Notes under the pieces: generated by a model
Told to the model about the DNA's origin: nothing
The model's database searches: none
What the model saw: the letters and a program-made list of their open reading frames with translations, nothing else
Assembly: GCF_900095195.1 (NCBI RefSeq)
Contig: NZ_LT606950.1
Span: forward strand, 727,207 to 759,206
Length of the DNA: 32,000 bases
From: Polynucleobacter necessarius
GTDB lineage: Bacteria; Pseudomonadota; Gammaproteobacteria; Burkholderiales; Burkholderiaceae
Direction of reading: 5' to 3'
Translations under genes and position numbers: made by a program
Part shown: in pieces, positions 7,334 to 16,634 of the stretch
Layout: every line of letters starts with the position of its first letter
How positions within the stretch are numbered: position 1 is the first letter of the stretch

Positions 7334-7703
7334 CCAAACATGAAGATCTATTTAGAAGAGATCTTTAGGCCCGTCTTGTCCTGTGTGCGTGTTGCCAACT
7401 TTACCGATGCATTGAATTTAGTCAACTTTTGCGAGTACGGCAATGGGGTTGCTTGTTTCACGAGCGACGGAAATATTGCCCGTGAATTTGCTCGCCGAGT
7501 TCAAGTTGGCATGGTTGGTATTAACGTTCCCATTCCAGCGCCCATGGCATGGCTTTGGCGGCTGGAAAAAATCGCTCTTTGGCGATATGCACGCTTACAG
7601 CAAAGAAGGTGTGCGCTTCTATACCAAACAAAAAAGTGTGATGCAACGCTGGCCAGAAAGCATCGCAAAAGGTGCTGAGTTTGTCATGCCTACCTCCAAG
7701 TAG
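7330..7703 (+). pseudogene. mmsA: Methylmalonate-semialdehyde dehydrogenase, 3' quarter
   Basis: (A)[73 protein letters not shown][5-bp deletion][51 protein letters not shown]. The conserved ALDH motif EEIFGPV reads EEIFRPV here. Confidence 0.85.
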
Positions 7704-7732
7704 GCATTATTTTTGTATGGTGCCCAACAATA

Positions 7733-8218
7733 TTACTGAAGAGTATTTTTAAAAGCAGGTATGATTGGAACTGCGAGCACCTCAATACCCTCTTCTCGCA
7801 ATGATTCTGCTTCATCTAAAGTGGTTTGACCACGAATGCTGCGCTCAGGGGCTTCCTTGTAATGAATCTTTCTAGCTTCCCCTGCAAAAGCAGGGCCAAC
7901 GTCCTCGGGTTTACCCATCAGCTCACGCATACCCTTCAAAAAGGCGGCCTGTACTTGAGCCTCTAGTTGTGAATGATCATTACCCGTCAAAGCCACAACC
8001 TCGCCACTCGAATTTCCAATGTCCTCGCTCGGCGCAGTTACCGCCGTAGACGAGGACTTTGCGATATGCGGCGCAGAAGGCATCCGACTGATTTGGGTGC
8101 TGTCACAAATTGGGCAAGCCAGTATCCCCCGCTTCTGCTGAGCAAGACAGTCCTCTTCAGAGGAAAACCACCCTTCAAAGCGGTGATCTAAGGGACATGC
8201 GAGGTTATAGACTTTCAT
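7733..8218 (-). CDS. DUF1178 family protein (zinc-ribbon-like N-terminus)
   Basis: Intact 161-aa ORF: MKVYNLACPLDHRFEGWFSSEEDCLAQQKRGILACPICDSTQISRMPSAP... It matches the DUF1178 pattern that, as I recall, commonly lies downstream of nuo in Burkholderiales. Confidence 0.75.
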   Translation of the reverse strand: MKVYNLACPLDHRFEGWFSSEEDCLAQQKRGILACPICDSTQISRMPSAPHIAKSSSTAVTAPSEDIGNSSGEVVALTGNDHSQLEAQVQAAFLKGMRELMGKPEDVGPAFAGEARKIHYKEAPERSIRGQTTLDEAESLREEGIEVLAVPIIPAFKNTLQ

Positions 8219-8279
8219 AAGACCTATATAGTGGCAAAAATACCAAATTCAATAATCCCTATTTTAATAGGAATTAAAG

Positions 8280-8885
8280 TTACCTATTTAATGGGCTTGG
8301 GAGTTTACCAGCCCTTCGGCGGTATCGGTCCAGCCAATACCCTGAAATGGTCGTTTTTACGTCCGTAATTTCACCTTCTTCGATCCACGTCAAGAGCTGC
8401 TCCAAAGGTGCCGCAAAAACATCCAAAAGCTCTTCGGCGTCAAGCTTACTTTTACCAGGCACTAAATCCTCAGCCAAATAAATATCGATGAACTCGGTCG
8501 AATAGGAAATCACAGGATGTATGCGGCGTATGTAGCTCCATTTCCTAGCGGTATATCCAGTCTCCTCTTCCAGCTCACGCTGGGCACAGAGCAGATGATC
8601 CTCTCCATGATCTAGCTTGCCAGCTGGAATCTCAATGCAGGCTTTGTCAACGGGGTAGCGATACTGACGCTCCAGCAATACCCTGCCATCATCTAACAAA
8701 GCCACAATCGCTACTGCACCAGGGTGTGTTAAATATTCTCGCGCTGCTATCTGCCCATCGGGTAACCGAACCTGATCACGCTTCATATTTAGGAATATTC
8801 CGCCATAAATATCCTCACCAGAAACACGCTCTTCCCGTAAATGCGTATCCCCACTTGGTAAATCGGCAAACGATTTTTCAGTCAT
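8280..8885 (-). CDS. NUDIX hydrolase (ADP-ribose pyrophosphatase-like)
   Basis: Intact 201-aa ORF with a Nudix box: GKLDHGEDHLLCAQRELEEETGY (G-x5-E-x7-REUxEExGU). Confidence 0.85.
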   Translation of the reverse strand: MTEKSFADLPSGDTHLREERVSGEDIYGGIFLNMKRDQVRLPDGQIAAREYLTHPGAVAIVALLDDGRVLLERQYRYPVDKACIEIPAGKLDHGEDHLLCAQRELEEETGYTARKWSYIRRIHPVISYSTEFIDIYLAEDLVPGKSKLDAEELLDVFAAPLEQLLTWIEEGEITDVKTTISGYWLDRYRRRAGKLPSPLNR

Positions 8886-8964
8886 GAATATACTTTCAAC
8901 GAACTATTTTTAATTGTACCTGAAAACCATGTCATTCAGGTGTCATCGAATTTATATCAGGCAG

Positions 8965-8994
8965 AAATTCAAAAGGCCCCCAAAGGAGCCTTTT
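8965..8994 (-). terminator. Rho-independent terminator downstream of nuoN (potentially bidirectional)
   Basis: Hairpin at 8971-8994: aaaaggcccc / caaa / ggagcctttt, a 10-bp stem with one mismatch and a 4-nt loop. On the minus strand it is followed by TTTTGAATTT. Confidence 0.55.
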
Positions 8995-9021
8995 GCTATC
9001 GAATCTCGCTTGGGATTCTCG

Positions 9022-10521
9022 TTATAAACCTAGCAATGTCCGACGCGACGCGTCCAAACAGATACTCATCAGGCTAGCCGGAACAATACCAATCACCAAA
9101 ACCAAAATCGTATTGAGGCTTAATAAGCCTTTTGCAAAACCCGAACCAGATACACTCGATTCATGGGCGGGCTCATCAAAGTACATAACTTTAACTACTC
9201 TGAGGTAGTAGAAAGCACCTACTAAAGAAGCGAGTACAGCAATAATAGCCAGGAATGTGTGTTCAGCGTCAACTAAAGCCCCAAGAACACCAAGCTTTGC
9301 GGCAAAACCAACCGTTGGCGGAATCCCAGCTAAAGAGAACATCATTACCAAGCCGATAAAGGCAAACCAGGGATGATTCTTGTTCAGCCCCTTTAGGCCT
9401 TCCAGTGTTTCACAATCGTACCCCTTGCGAGATAAGACCATCAACAATCCGAAAGTACCCAGCGTTGTTAGTACATAGGTGATGATATAAAACACCGATG
9501 CGCTGAATGCATGATCATCAAACACCGACAACATACCCAGCATGACAAAGCTCATCTGTGCAATCGCAGAATATGCCAACATACGCTTCACATTGGTTTG
9601 AGCAATGGCGGTAACGTTACCAACAACTAATGACAAGACCGCTAATAAGACCAACATCGGCTGCCAGTCACCCATCAACGGCAGCAAGGTATTTACTAAT
9701 AAACGGAATAAAAGTGCAAATGCCGCAATCTTAGGCGCACCGGCGATCATCAATGTCACTGCTGTTGGCGCACCTTGATAAACGTCTGGAACCCACATAT
9801 GAAAAGGTACAACGCCTAACTTAAATGCCAAGCCGGCTACGATAAATACCAAACCAAAAGCCATCACCAAATGATTGATGCGCGGATCAGCTACGGTTTT
9901 GAAAATCTCAATCAGATCAAGCGATCCAGTCACGCCGTACAACATTGACATGCCGTAGAGCAAGAAACCAGATGCCAGAGCACCCAAGACAAAATATTTA
10001 ATGCCAGCCTCAACACTACGTTCACTAGAGTGGCGCATGGCCACCAGGGCGTACATTGGCAAAGCCATTAATTCAAGACCGAGGTAGAGAGTCAGTAGAT
10101 TGGCGCCAGAAATCAATACCATTTGACCAAACAATGCCAAGAGGACCATCACAATAAAGTCGGGTCTGAATAATGCACGATCCGATAGATATTGTTTCGA
10201 GTACACCAAGCTGACCAATACAGCTGCGCAAGAGCATGCCTTCAGTAGATTGGATAAAGGGTCTGATTGGAACAAGCCATTCATGGCAACAATGGATACA
10301 TCACCCATTCTGCCCATGAAAGCAAAAATGAGATAGACCAACAATATTAATGAAAAGAAGTAGACAAACCCCACTCCACGTGGAGAATGGAAGATATCCT
10401 GCTCAACGCCAGGAGTTGAGGGAACTCTTTCACGAACATACACACTTGCAACCAACAATAAGCAAGTGGCAAGAAGTAAAACGAGTTCCGGCAGGATGGC
10501 GTATAGGTCGAATGCTTGCAT
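9022..10521 (-). CDS. nuoN: NADH-quinone oxidoreductase subunit N
   Basis: 499-aa polytopic ORF in the terminal position of the nuoA-N order, with antiporter-like motifs ([31 protein letters not shown]). Confidence 0.95.
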   Translation of the reverse strand: MQAFDLYAILPELVLLLATCLLLVASVYVRERVPSTPGVEQDIFHSPRGVGFVYFFSLILLVYLIFAFMGRMGDVSIVAMNGLFQSDPLSNLLKACSCAAVLVSLVYSKQYLSDRALFRPDFIVMVLLALFGQMVLISGANLLTLYLGLELMALPMYALVAMRHSSERSVEAGIKYFVLGALASGFLLYGMSMLYGVTGSLDLIEIFKTVADPRINHLVMAFGLVFIVAGLAFKLGVVPFHMWVPDVYQGAPTAVTLMIAGAPKIAAFALLFRLLVNTLLPLMGDWQPMLVLLAVLSLVVGNVTAIAQTNVKRMLAYSAIAQMSFVMLGMLSVFDDHAFSASVFYIITYVLTTLGTFGLLMVLSRKGYDCETLEGLKGLNKNHPWFAFIGLVMMFSLAGIPPTVGFAAKLGVLGALVDAEHTFLAIIAVLASLVGAFYYLRVVKVMYFDEPAHESSVSGSGFAKGLLSLNTILVLVIGIVPASLMSICLDASRRTLLGL

Positions 10522-10531
10522 TTGCTTTTAC

Positions 10532-11998
10532 TCAGAGTTTGCTAACAGCAACATGCTGCAGCAGATTGATTACGGCTGGATGAATGATGTCGGTAAATGG
10601 CTTGGGATAGACGCCCATGCCAATCACGCAAATTGCCAACACCGTCATCATGAAATATTCACGGACATTGAGGTCTTTTAATTCGTCAACATGTGCGTTG
10701 TTGATAGCGCCAAAGAAAACACGCTTTACCATCCAGAGTGGATACGCTGCACCCAGGATCAAAGTAGTAGCAGCCAAAATACCGATGACAAAATCGTAGT
10801 CAACCGCAGCCAAAATGACCATAAATTCACCAACGAAGCCAGAAGTTGCGGGAAGACCGCAGTTCGCCATTGCCATCAAGACCGCAAAGGCCGTAAATGC
10901 TGGCATGCGATGCACTACGCCACCGTAATCAGCAATTTGACGGGTATGCATACGGTCATAAAGAACACCAATCGATAGGAACATAGCACCAGCCACAAAT
11001 CCGTGCGAGATCATTTGGACAATACCGCCCTCAATACCTAATGGGCTAAAGAGGAAGAAGCCTAGTGTCACAAAACCCATGTGCGCTACTGATGAGTAGG
11101 CAACCAGTTTCTTCATGTCTTTTTGTACGAGCGCTACTGCTCCAACATAAATCACAGCAACTAAGGATAAGAAGATCACGAATGGGCCAAGATATTGGCT
11201 GGCATCAGGCGCTATGGGCAACGAGAAGCGAAGGAAACCATAAGCACCCAGCTTCAACATAATCGCAGCCAGAACAACCGAACCGCCTGTTGGCGCTTCG
11301 ACGTGGACATCTGGCAACCAGGTATGTAGTGGCCACATCGGCACTTTGACAGCAAAAGCCATAAAGAATGCAAAGAACAAAAGAATTTGCTCAACAATAT
11401 CGGAGCGAGCATTTTGCCAAGCCAAGATGTCAAAGCTATTGGTCACGTTGTACAAGTACAGCATCGCAACCAACGTTAACAAGGAGCCCAGCAAGGCATA
11501 GAGGAAGAACTTAAATGCGGCGTAGATGCGGTTATGACCACCCCATACACCAATGATGATGTACATCGGAATCAAAGTGGCCTCAAAGAATACATAAAAC
11601 AGCAGCGCATCCAGTGCGCAGAAAACGCCGATCATTAATCCCGAGAGGATCATGAATGAGGCCATGTATTGCGATACCTTGGTATCAATGACCTCCCACG
11701 CTGCAATCACCACAAAGATATTGATGAATGCGGTCAACACAATAAACCATACGGAAATGCCATCTATACCGAGGTAATAGTTAATGTCGTAACGCGGAAT
11801 CCAACTAATCTTTTCAACAAACTGCATGCCAGGGTTGGCAATATCAAAGTTCGTGATTAGCGGCAATGTAGCGATAAAACCAATTACTGCACCTATCAGC
11901 GCTAACCAGCGCACTCCAGCCGATGGCTTCTCAGACCCATAAAACAGAATGATGAGTCCAAAAACAATCGGGGTCCAAATGGCGTAAGAAAGAATCAT
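10532..11998 (-). CDS. nuoM: NADH-quinone oxidoreductase subunit M
   Basis: 488-aa ND4-type ORF (KVPMWPLHTWLPDVHVEAPTGGSVVLAAIMLKLG). Confidence 0.95.
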   Translation of the reverse strand: MILSYAIWTPIVFGLIILFYGSEKPSAGVRWLALIGAVIGFIATLPLITNFDIANPGMQFVEKISWIPRYDINYYLGIDGISVWFIVLTAFINIFVVIAAWEVIDTKVSQYMASFMILSGLMIGVFCALDALLFYVFFEATLIPMYIIIGVWGGHNRIYAAFKFFLYALLGSLLTLVAMLYLYNVTNSFDILAWQNARSDIVEQILLFFAFFMAFAVKVPMWPLHTWLPDVHVEAPTGGSVVLAAIMLKLGAYGFLRFSLPIAPDASQYLGPFVIFLSLVAVIYVGAVALVQKDMKKLVAYSSVAHMGFVTLGFFLFSPLGIEGGIVQMISHGFVAGAMFLSIGVLYDRMHTRQIADYGGVVHRMPAFTAFAVLMAMANCGLPATSGFVGEFMVILAAVDYDFVIGILAATTLILGAAYPLWMVKRVFFGAINNAHVDELKDLNVREYFMMTVLAICVIGMGVYPKPFTDIIHPAVINLLQHVAVSKL

Positions 11999-12018
11999 AA
12001 TGGCGACTTAAGTAAGGC

Positions 12019-14073
12019 CTATCGAACAAAAGGCAAGTAAGCGTACAAAACCCAAGCTAGCAATACAGCCAAGCCTGCAATCATTGCAAATGCGTAGTGG
12101 TATACATAACCGGATTGCAAATGCCGAATTACTTCAGCAAAGCGCCCTACCGTATGGGCACTACCGTTAACAAAGAATCCGTCAATCACTTTTTGATCAC
12201 CGCGATGCCACAAGATGCTTCCAATCCAAATGAGGCCTTTAGCAAACACCGCTTGATTTAAGTCATCTAAGTAGTACTTGTTATCAAACAATGTTTTGAT
12301 AGGTGCAAATGCTTGCGCCACCTTTTCTGGGAGTTTTGGAGCCCAGAGATAACCAATCGCTGCGGTCAGAACACCCAACACTACCAAACCTAAAACGGGA
12401 GAAGTAAACGCATGAATTGCCATTGCCACAGGACCGTGGAACTCTTCGGCAAGTTCTTTCATGACAGGATGGCGAGCCAAATCAATAAAAATGGAGTCGC
12501 CAAAATAGGTGCCAAAGAGTAAAGGTGTGATGGTGTAGAAGCCAATGATCACTGACGGAATCGCCAACAGAATCAGAGGCAATGTAACCACCAACGGAGA
12601 CTCATGAGGCTTTTCTCCTGGAGCTAGGCCATGATGTGCGTGATCATCACCCTGCTCTGCATGTTGATGATGATGAGCGTGCGAATCCGCATGACCCCAA
12701 CGTGCCTTACCATGGAAAACCCAAAAATACAGACGGAATGAATACAACGCTGTTACAAATACGCTAGCCATCACTGCGAAGTAAGCAAAGCTCGAACCCG
12801 GAATATGACTTGCAGCTACGGCCTCAATGATGGAATCTTTTGAATAGAAACCTGAAAAGAATGGTGTACCGATTAGCGCCAAATTCCCCAACATCATCAT
12901 GAGACATGTGATCGGCATGTACTTCCATAGGCCGCCCATCTTACGCATATCTTGCTCATGGTGCATACCCAAAATAACGCTACCAGCAGCCAAGAACAAT
13001 AATGCCTTAAAGAATGCATGCGTCATCAAATGAAAGATTGCAACGGGATAAGCGGATACGCCTAGTGCAACAGTCATATAACCTAATTGCGATAGAGTGG
13101 AATACGCAACCACGCGTTTGATATCGTTTTGCACGATACCCAAGAAGCCCATGAACAGTGCAGTAATCGAGCCAATGACCAAGATGAAGCTCAACGCAAC
13201 ATCGGAAAGCTCAAATAAGGGTGACATGCGTGACACCATGAAAATACCGGCAGTAACCATCGTTGCCGCGTGAATCAACGCAGAGATTGGCGTTGGACCT
13301 TCCATGGAATCTGGCAACCAAACATGCAAAGGGAATTGGGCAGATTTACCCATGGCACCAATAAACAAGCAGATACAAGCCACGGTTAATAAATTCCAGC
13401 CGGTACCGGGAAGCGTCTGTGCTGCCAAAGCCGTATTCTGAGCAAAGATCACGTCATATTGCATCGAGCCAGCACTGGCTAACAAAAGGCCAATACCCAA
13501 GATAAATCCAAAGTCGCCAACGCGATTAACCAAGAATGCTTTCATATTGGCAAACACCGCAGATTGACGCTCAAAGTAGAAGCCAATCAACAAATAGGAA
13601 ACAACGCCCACTGCCTCCCAGCCAAAAAATAGCTGTAAGAGGTTATTACTCATTACCAACATCAACATTGCGAAGGTAAATAAGGAGATATATGAGAAGA
13701 ACCGATTATAGCCCTCTTCACCGTGCATGTATCCAATGGTGTAAATGTGCACCATGAGTGACACAAAAGTCACTACGCACATCATCGTTGCCGTTAGCGG
13801 ATCAATTAAGAAGCCAATATCTAAATTCAGTTCGCCCAACCGCATCCAACGGTACACCGTACCGTTGAAATAGAAACCATCCATTACTTGCGCCAAAACA
13901 TTGCAGGACAGTACAAAGGCAATGGTGACACCCAGGATAGTGAAAAACTGACTTGCGCCGTGATCAATACGATTACCACCCAATTTGGTTCCGAATAATC
14001 CAGCAATAATCGATCCAACAAGCGGAGCCAGTGGGATAGCACAAAGAACAAGAATAGTTAAGGTCAATTGCAT
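12019..14073 (-). CDS. nuoL: NADH-quinone oxidoreductase subunit L
   Basis: 684-aa ND5-type ORF (FGWEAVGVVSYLLIGFYF; KSAQFPLHVWLPDSMEGPTPISALIHAATMVTAG). It contains a His-rich loop. Confidence 0.95.
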   Translation of the reverse strand: MQLTLTILVLCAIPLAPLVGSIIAGLFGTKLGGNRIDHGASQFFTILGVTIAFVLSCNVLAQVMDGFYFNGTVYRWMRLGELNLDIGFLIDPLTATMMCVVTFVSLMVHIYTIGYMHGEEGYNRFFSYISLFTFAMLMLVMSNNLLQLFFGWEAVGVVSYLLIGFYFERQSAVFANMKAFLVNRVGDFGFILGIGLLLASAGSMQYDVIFAQNTALAAQTLPGTGWNLLTVACICLFIGAMGKSAQFPLHVWLPDSMEGPTPISALIHAATMVTAGIFMVSRMSPLFELSDVALSFILVIGSITALFMGFLGIVQNDIKRVVAYSTLSQLGYMTVALGVSAYPVAIFHLMTHAFFKALLFLAAGSVILGMHHEQDMRKMGGLWKYMPITCLMMMLGNLALIGTPFFSGFYSKDSIIEAVAASHIPGSSFAYFAVMASVFVTALYSFRLYFWVFHGKARWGHADSHAHHHQHAEQGDDHAHHGLAPGEKPHESPLVVTLPLILLAIPSVIIGFYTITPLLFGTYFGDSIFIDLARHPVMKELAEEFHGPVAMAIHAFTSPVLGLVVLGVLTAAIGYLWAPKLPEKVAQAFAPIKTLFDNKYYLDDLNQAVFAKGLIWIGSILWHRGDQKVIDGFFVNGSAHTVGRFAEVIRHLQSGYVYHYAFAMIAGLAVLLAWVLYAYLPFVR

Positions 14074-14075
14074 GA

Positions 14076-14384
14076 CTAGCCTTTTAGGTGGTCAAGATCT
14101 TCAGCATTGATGGTGTCAACCTTACGGAAGAGAACAACCAAAATTGCCAAACCAATAGCCGCTTCTGCAGCCGCCACAGTCAAAATAAAGAATACGAATA
14201 CCTGACCAGCCATATCTCCCAAGTAGTGAGAGAAGGCAACGAAGTTCATATTGACCGACAGAAGCATCAATTCAATCGCCATTAACAGCACGATGACATT
14301 CTTGCGGTTTAAGAAAATACCAATAATGCTCGCTGCAAACAAAATTGCGCTGAGGACTAAATAGTGGGCCAGAGTAATGGTCAT
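14076..14384 (-). CDS. nuoK: NADH-quinone oxidoreductase subunit K
   Basis: 102-aa ND4L-type ORF with three predicted TM segments. It overlaps nuoJ by 4 nt. Confidence 0.95.
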   Translation of the reverse strand: MTITLAHYLVLSAILFAASIIGIFLNRKNVIVLLMAIELMLLSVNMNFVAFSHYLGDMAGQVFVFFILTVAAAEAAIGLAILVVLFRKVDTINAEDLDHLKG

Positions 14385-15028
14385 TTCTTCTCTCCTCTAG
14401 CATCCTGCTTGGCAGCCATATCCGCATCCATTTTGACAATTCGCATGCGATCAGCAGCTACCACATTTACCTGCTCATGAATATTTTGAGACTTCGAATC
14501 CTTGCGATTACGCAAGGTCAAGGCAACTGCGGCAATCATGGCGACCAATAGAATGACGCCGGCCACCTCAAATGCATAGACGTAGTCACCAAAAATTAAG
14601 ATGCCTAATGCTTGGGTATTGTTGGCTGCTACCTCTTTAGGCATCGGCTGCACTGGTGCATTAGTTCCGATAAAGCTACGAATAATCACAATCGATAACT
14701 CAAGAACGATGACAGCGGCCATTAAGAATGCTACGGGCAAAAATTTCTTGAAATCACGACGCAAATGTTCCAGATCTAGATCCAGCATCATCACTACGAA
14801 GAGAAACAGCACCATGACGGCGCCAACATAAACCAAAATCAACGCCAAACTTAAGAATTCTGCTTTGAGCAGCATCCATAGGCCAGAGGCACAAAAGAAA
14901 GCCAATACTAAGAAAAGGGCTGAATGCACAGGGTTGCGTGCCGTGGTCACACGCAAGGCTGAAACTACCAACAGGCCAGCAAAGCCGTAGAAGAAAACCG
15001 CAAACAATGTAGAAGGAGCGAATGTCAT
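14381..15028 (-). CDS. nuoJ: NADH-quinone oxidoreductase subunit J
   Basis: 215-aa ND6-type membrane ORF in the conserved operon position. Confidence 0.9.
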   Translation of the reverse strand: MTFAPSTLFAVFFYGFAGLLVVSALRVTTARNPVHSALFLVLAFFCASGLWMLLKAEFLSLALILVYVGAVMVLFLFVVMMLDLDLEHLRRDFKKFLPVAFLMAAVIVLELSIVIIRSFIGTNAPVQPMPKEVAANNTQALGILIFGDYVYAFEVAGVILLVAMIAAVALTLRNRKDSKSQNIHEQVNVVAADRMRIVKMDADMAAKQDARGEKK

Positions 15029-15049
15029 AGTAATGTGGGCTCGATTCGA

Positions 15050-15541
15050 TTAACGATAAGGCGCATCAATAGCGCGTTTTGCGGCAATATCTTTTTCATA
15101 CTTATCGCCTACAGACAAGAGCATTTCTTTGGTGAAATACAAGTCACCACGTTTGTCGCCAAAATACTCAAAAATATTTGTTTCTACGATTGCATCAACT
15201 GGACAAGCTTCTTCGCAAAAGCCACAGAAGATGCACTTCGTTAAATCGATGTCATAGCGCGATGTACGACGAGTACCATCATCACGCTCTGTCGTTTCAA
15301 TCGTAATGGCATAGGCTGGGCAAACCGCTTCACAGAGTTTGCAACCGATACAACGCTCTTCGCCATTCTCATAACGACGTAAAGCATGCAAGCCACGGAA
15401 ACGATTCGAAAGTGGTGTCTTCTCGTCTGGATATTGAACGGTGATCTTGGGCTTAAAGAGATAACGACCGGTAATGGACATACCAGTCAAGATGTCTTTC
15501 AGTATCAAGCTATCGAGGAATTGGGAAATTTTCTTAAACAT
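15050..15541 (-). CDS. nuoI: NADH-quinone oxidoreductase subunit I
   Basis: 163-aa ORF with two 4Fe-4S ferredoxin motifs, [12 protein letters not shown] and [12 protein letters not shown]. Confidence 0.95.
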   Translation of the reverse strand: MFKKISQFLDSLILKDILTGMSITGRYLFKPKITVQYPDEKTPLSNRFRGLHALRRYENGEERCIGCKLCEAVCPAYAITIETTERDDGTRRTSRYDIDLTKCIFCGFCEEACPVDAIVETNIFEYFGDKRGDLYFTKEMLLSVGDKYEKDIAAKRAIDAPYR

Positions 15542-15552
15542 GATAGGTCAAC

Positions 15553-16626
15553 TTATTTCCAAATATTCCATGGGGATACTACCCATGCACCGATAACAAC
15601 CACCCAAAATACGGGGATGGGAATAAAGATTTTCCAGCCCAAACGCATGATCTGGTCATAGCGATAACGCGGCAATGTGGCGCGCAACCAAATCACACAA
15701 GATAACAAGAAGAATGTCTTACCGAATAGCCAAAAGAAACCTGGAATATCACGCAGGATAGGTAAATCAACAATTGGCAACCAGCCGCCTAAGAACATGA
15801 TCGATGCAACAGCAGCAATCAAAATCATATTGGCGTATTCGGCCAAGAAGAACATGGCAAAAGACATGCCCGAGTATTCCACCATGTGTCCTGCAACGAT
15901 TTCCGACTCACCCTCTACAACGTCAAATGGATGACGATTGGTGTCTGCAACACCAGAAATAAAGTAGATCAGGAACATTGGTAACAACGGTAGCCAATTC
16001 CAGGACAAGAAATTGAGGCCCATGCTCGCAAAGTAACCCTGCTCTTGAGAGGCAACAATAGCGCTCAGGTTTAGCGAACCAGAAGTGATCAGCACAGTTA
16101 CTAATGCAAAGCCCATTGCAATCTCATAAGAGATCATCTGTGCCGATGCGCGCATGGCGCCAAGGAATGGGTATTTTGAATTGGATGACCAACCAGCTAG
16201 AATGACACCATATACACCGATGGACGAGATTGCCATGATGTAAAGAAGGCCCGCATTAACGTCTGCTAATACCATTTTAGCCTGGAATGGAATTACTGCC
16301 CAAGCTGCAAATGCGGGTGCAATCACCATCACTGGCGCAATGAAGTACAACACTTTGCTAGCTTGTGCCGGAGAAATAATCTCCTTCATCAACAGCTTTA
16401 ATGCATCCGCGATGGGTTGCAATAAACCCAAAGGACCCACGCGATTTGGTCCAAGACGAATATGCATCCAGCCAATTAACTTACGCTCCCAAAGGGTTAA
16501 GTAAGCAACGCAACCGAACATTGGCAGAACAATAACGACGATACGCACCAATGCCCAAACTAGAGGCCAAAGGGAGTCAAAGATCGCCTCGCCTTGAGTG
16601 GTGATGAGGTTCAAGAAATTATCCAT
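15553..16626 (-). CDS. nuoH: NADH-quinone oxidoreductase subunit H
   Basis: 357-aa ND1-type ORF ([24 protein letters not shown]...). Confidence 0.95.
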   Translation of the reverse strand: MDNFLNLITTQGEAIFDSLWPLVWALVRIVVIVLPMFGCVAYLTLWERKLIGWMHIRLGPNRVGPLGLLQPIADALKLLMKEIISPAQASKVLYFIAPVMVIAPAFAAWAVIPFQAKMVLADVNAGLLYIMAISSIGVYGVILAGWSSNSKYPFLGAMRASAQMISYEIAMGFALVTVLITSGSLNLSAIVASQEQGYFASMGLNFLSWNWLPLLPMFLIYFISGVADTNRHPFDVVEGESEIVAGHMVEYSGMSFAMFFLAEYANMILIAAVASIMFLGGWLPIVDLPILRDIPGFFWLFGKTFFLLSCVIWLRATLPRYRYDQIMRLGWKIFIPIPVFWVVVIGAWVVSPWNIWK

Positions 16627-16634
16627 CTCGTCCC

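Noticed and set aside
364-7703. IS- or transposon-mediated scrambling, or an integrated mobile island
   Set aside because: No frame shows a transposase or integrase ORF, there are no terminal inverted repeats or target-site duplications at the six junctions, and no tRNA-adjacent att-like repeat is present. The junctions show only 4-6 bp microhomology.
8258-8271. 14-nt palindrome CCTATTTTAATAGG between the NUDIX and DUF1178 genes
   Set aside because: It is short and AT-rich, has no T-run for a terminator, and has no second copy. The evidence is insufficient to call an operator.
12598-12712. His-rich segment in NuoL (HADSHAHHHQHAEQGDDHAHHGLAPGEKPHESP) as a possible metal-binding insertion
   Set aside because: As I recall, His/Asp-rich linkers occur at this position in betaproteobacterial NuoL proteins. 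It is in frame and flanked by conserved sequence, so it is not evidence of a separate function.
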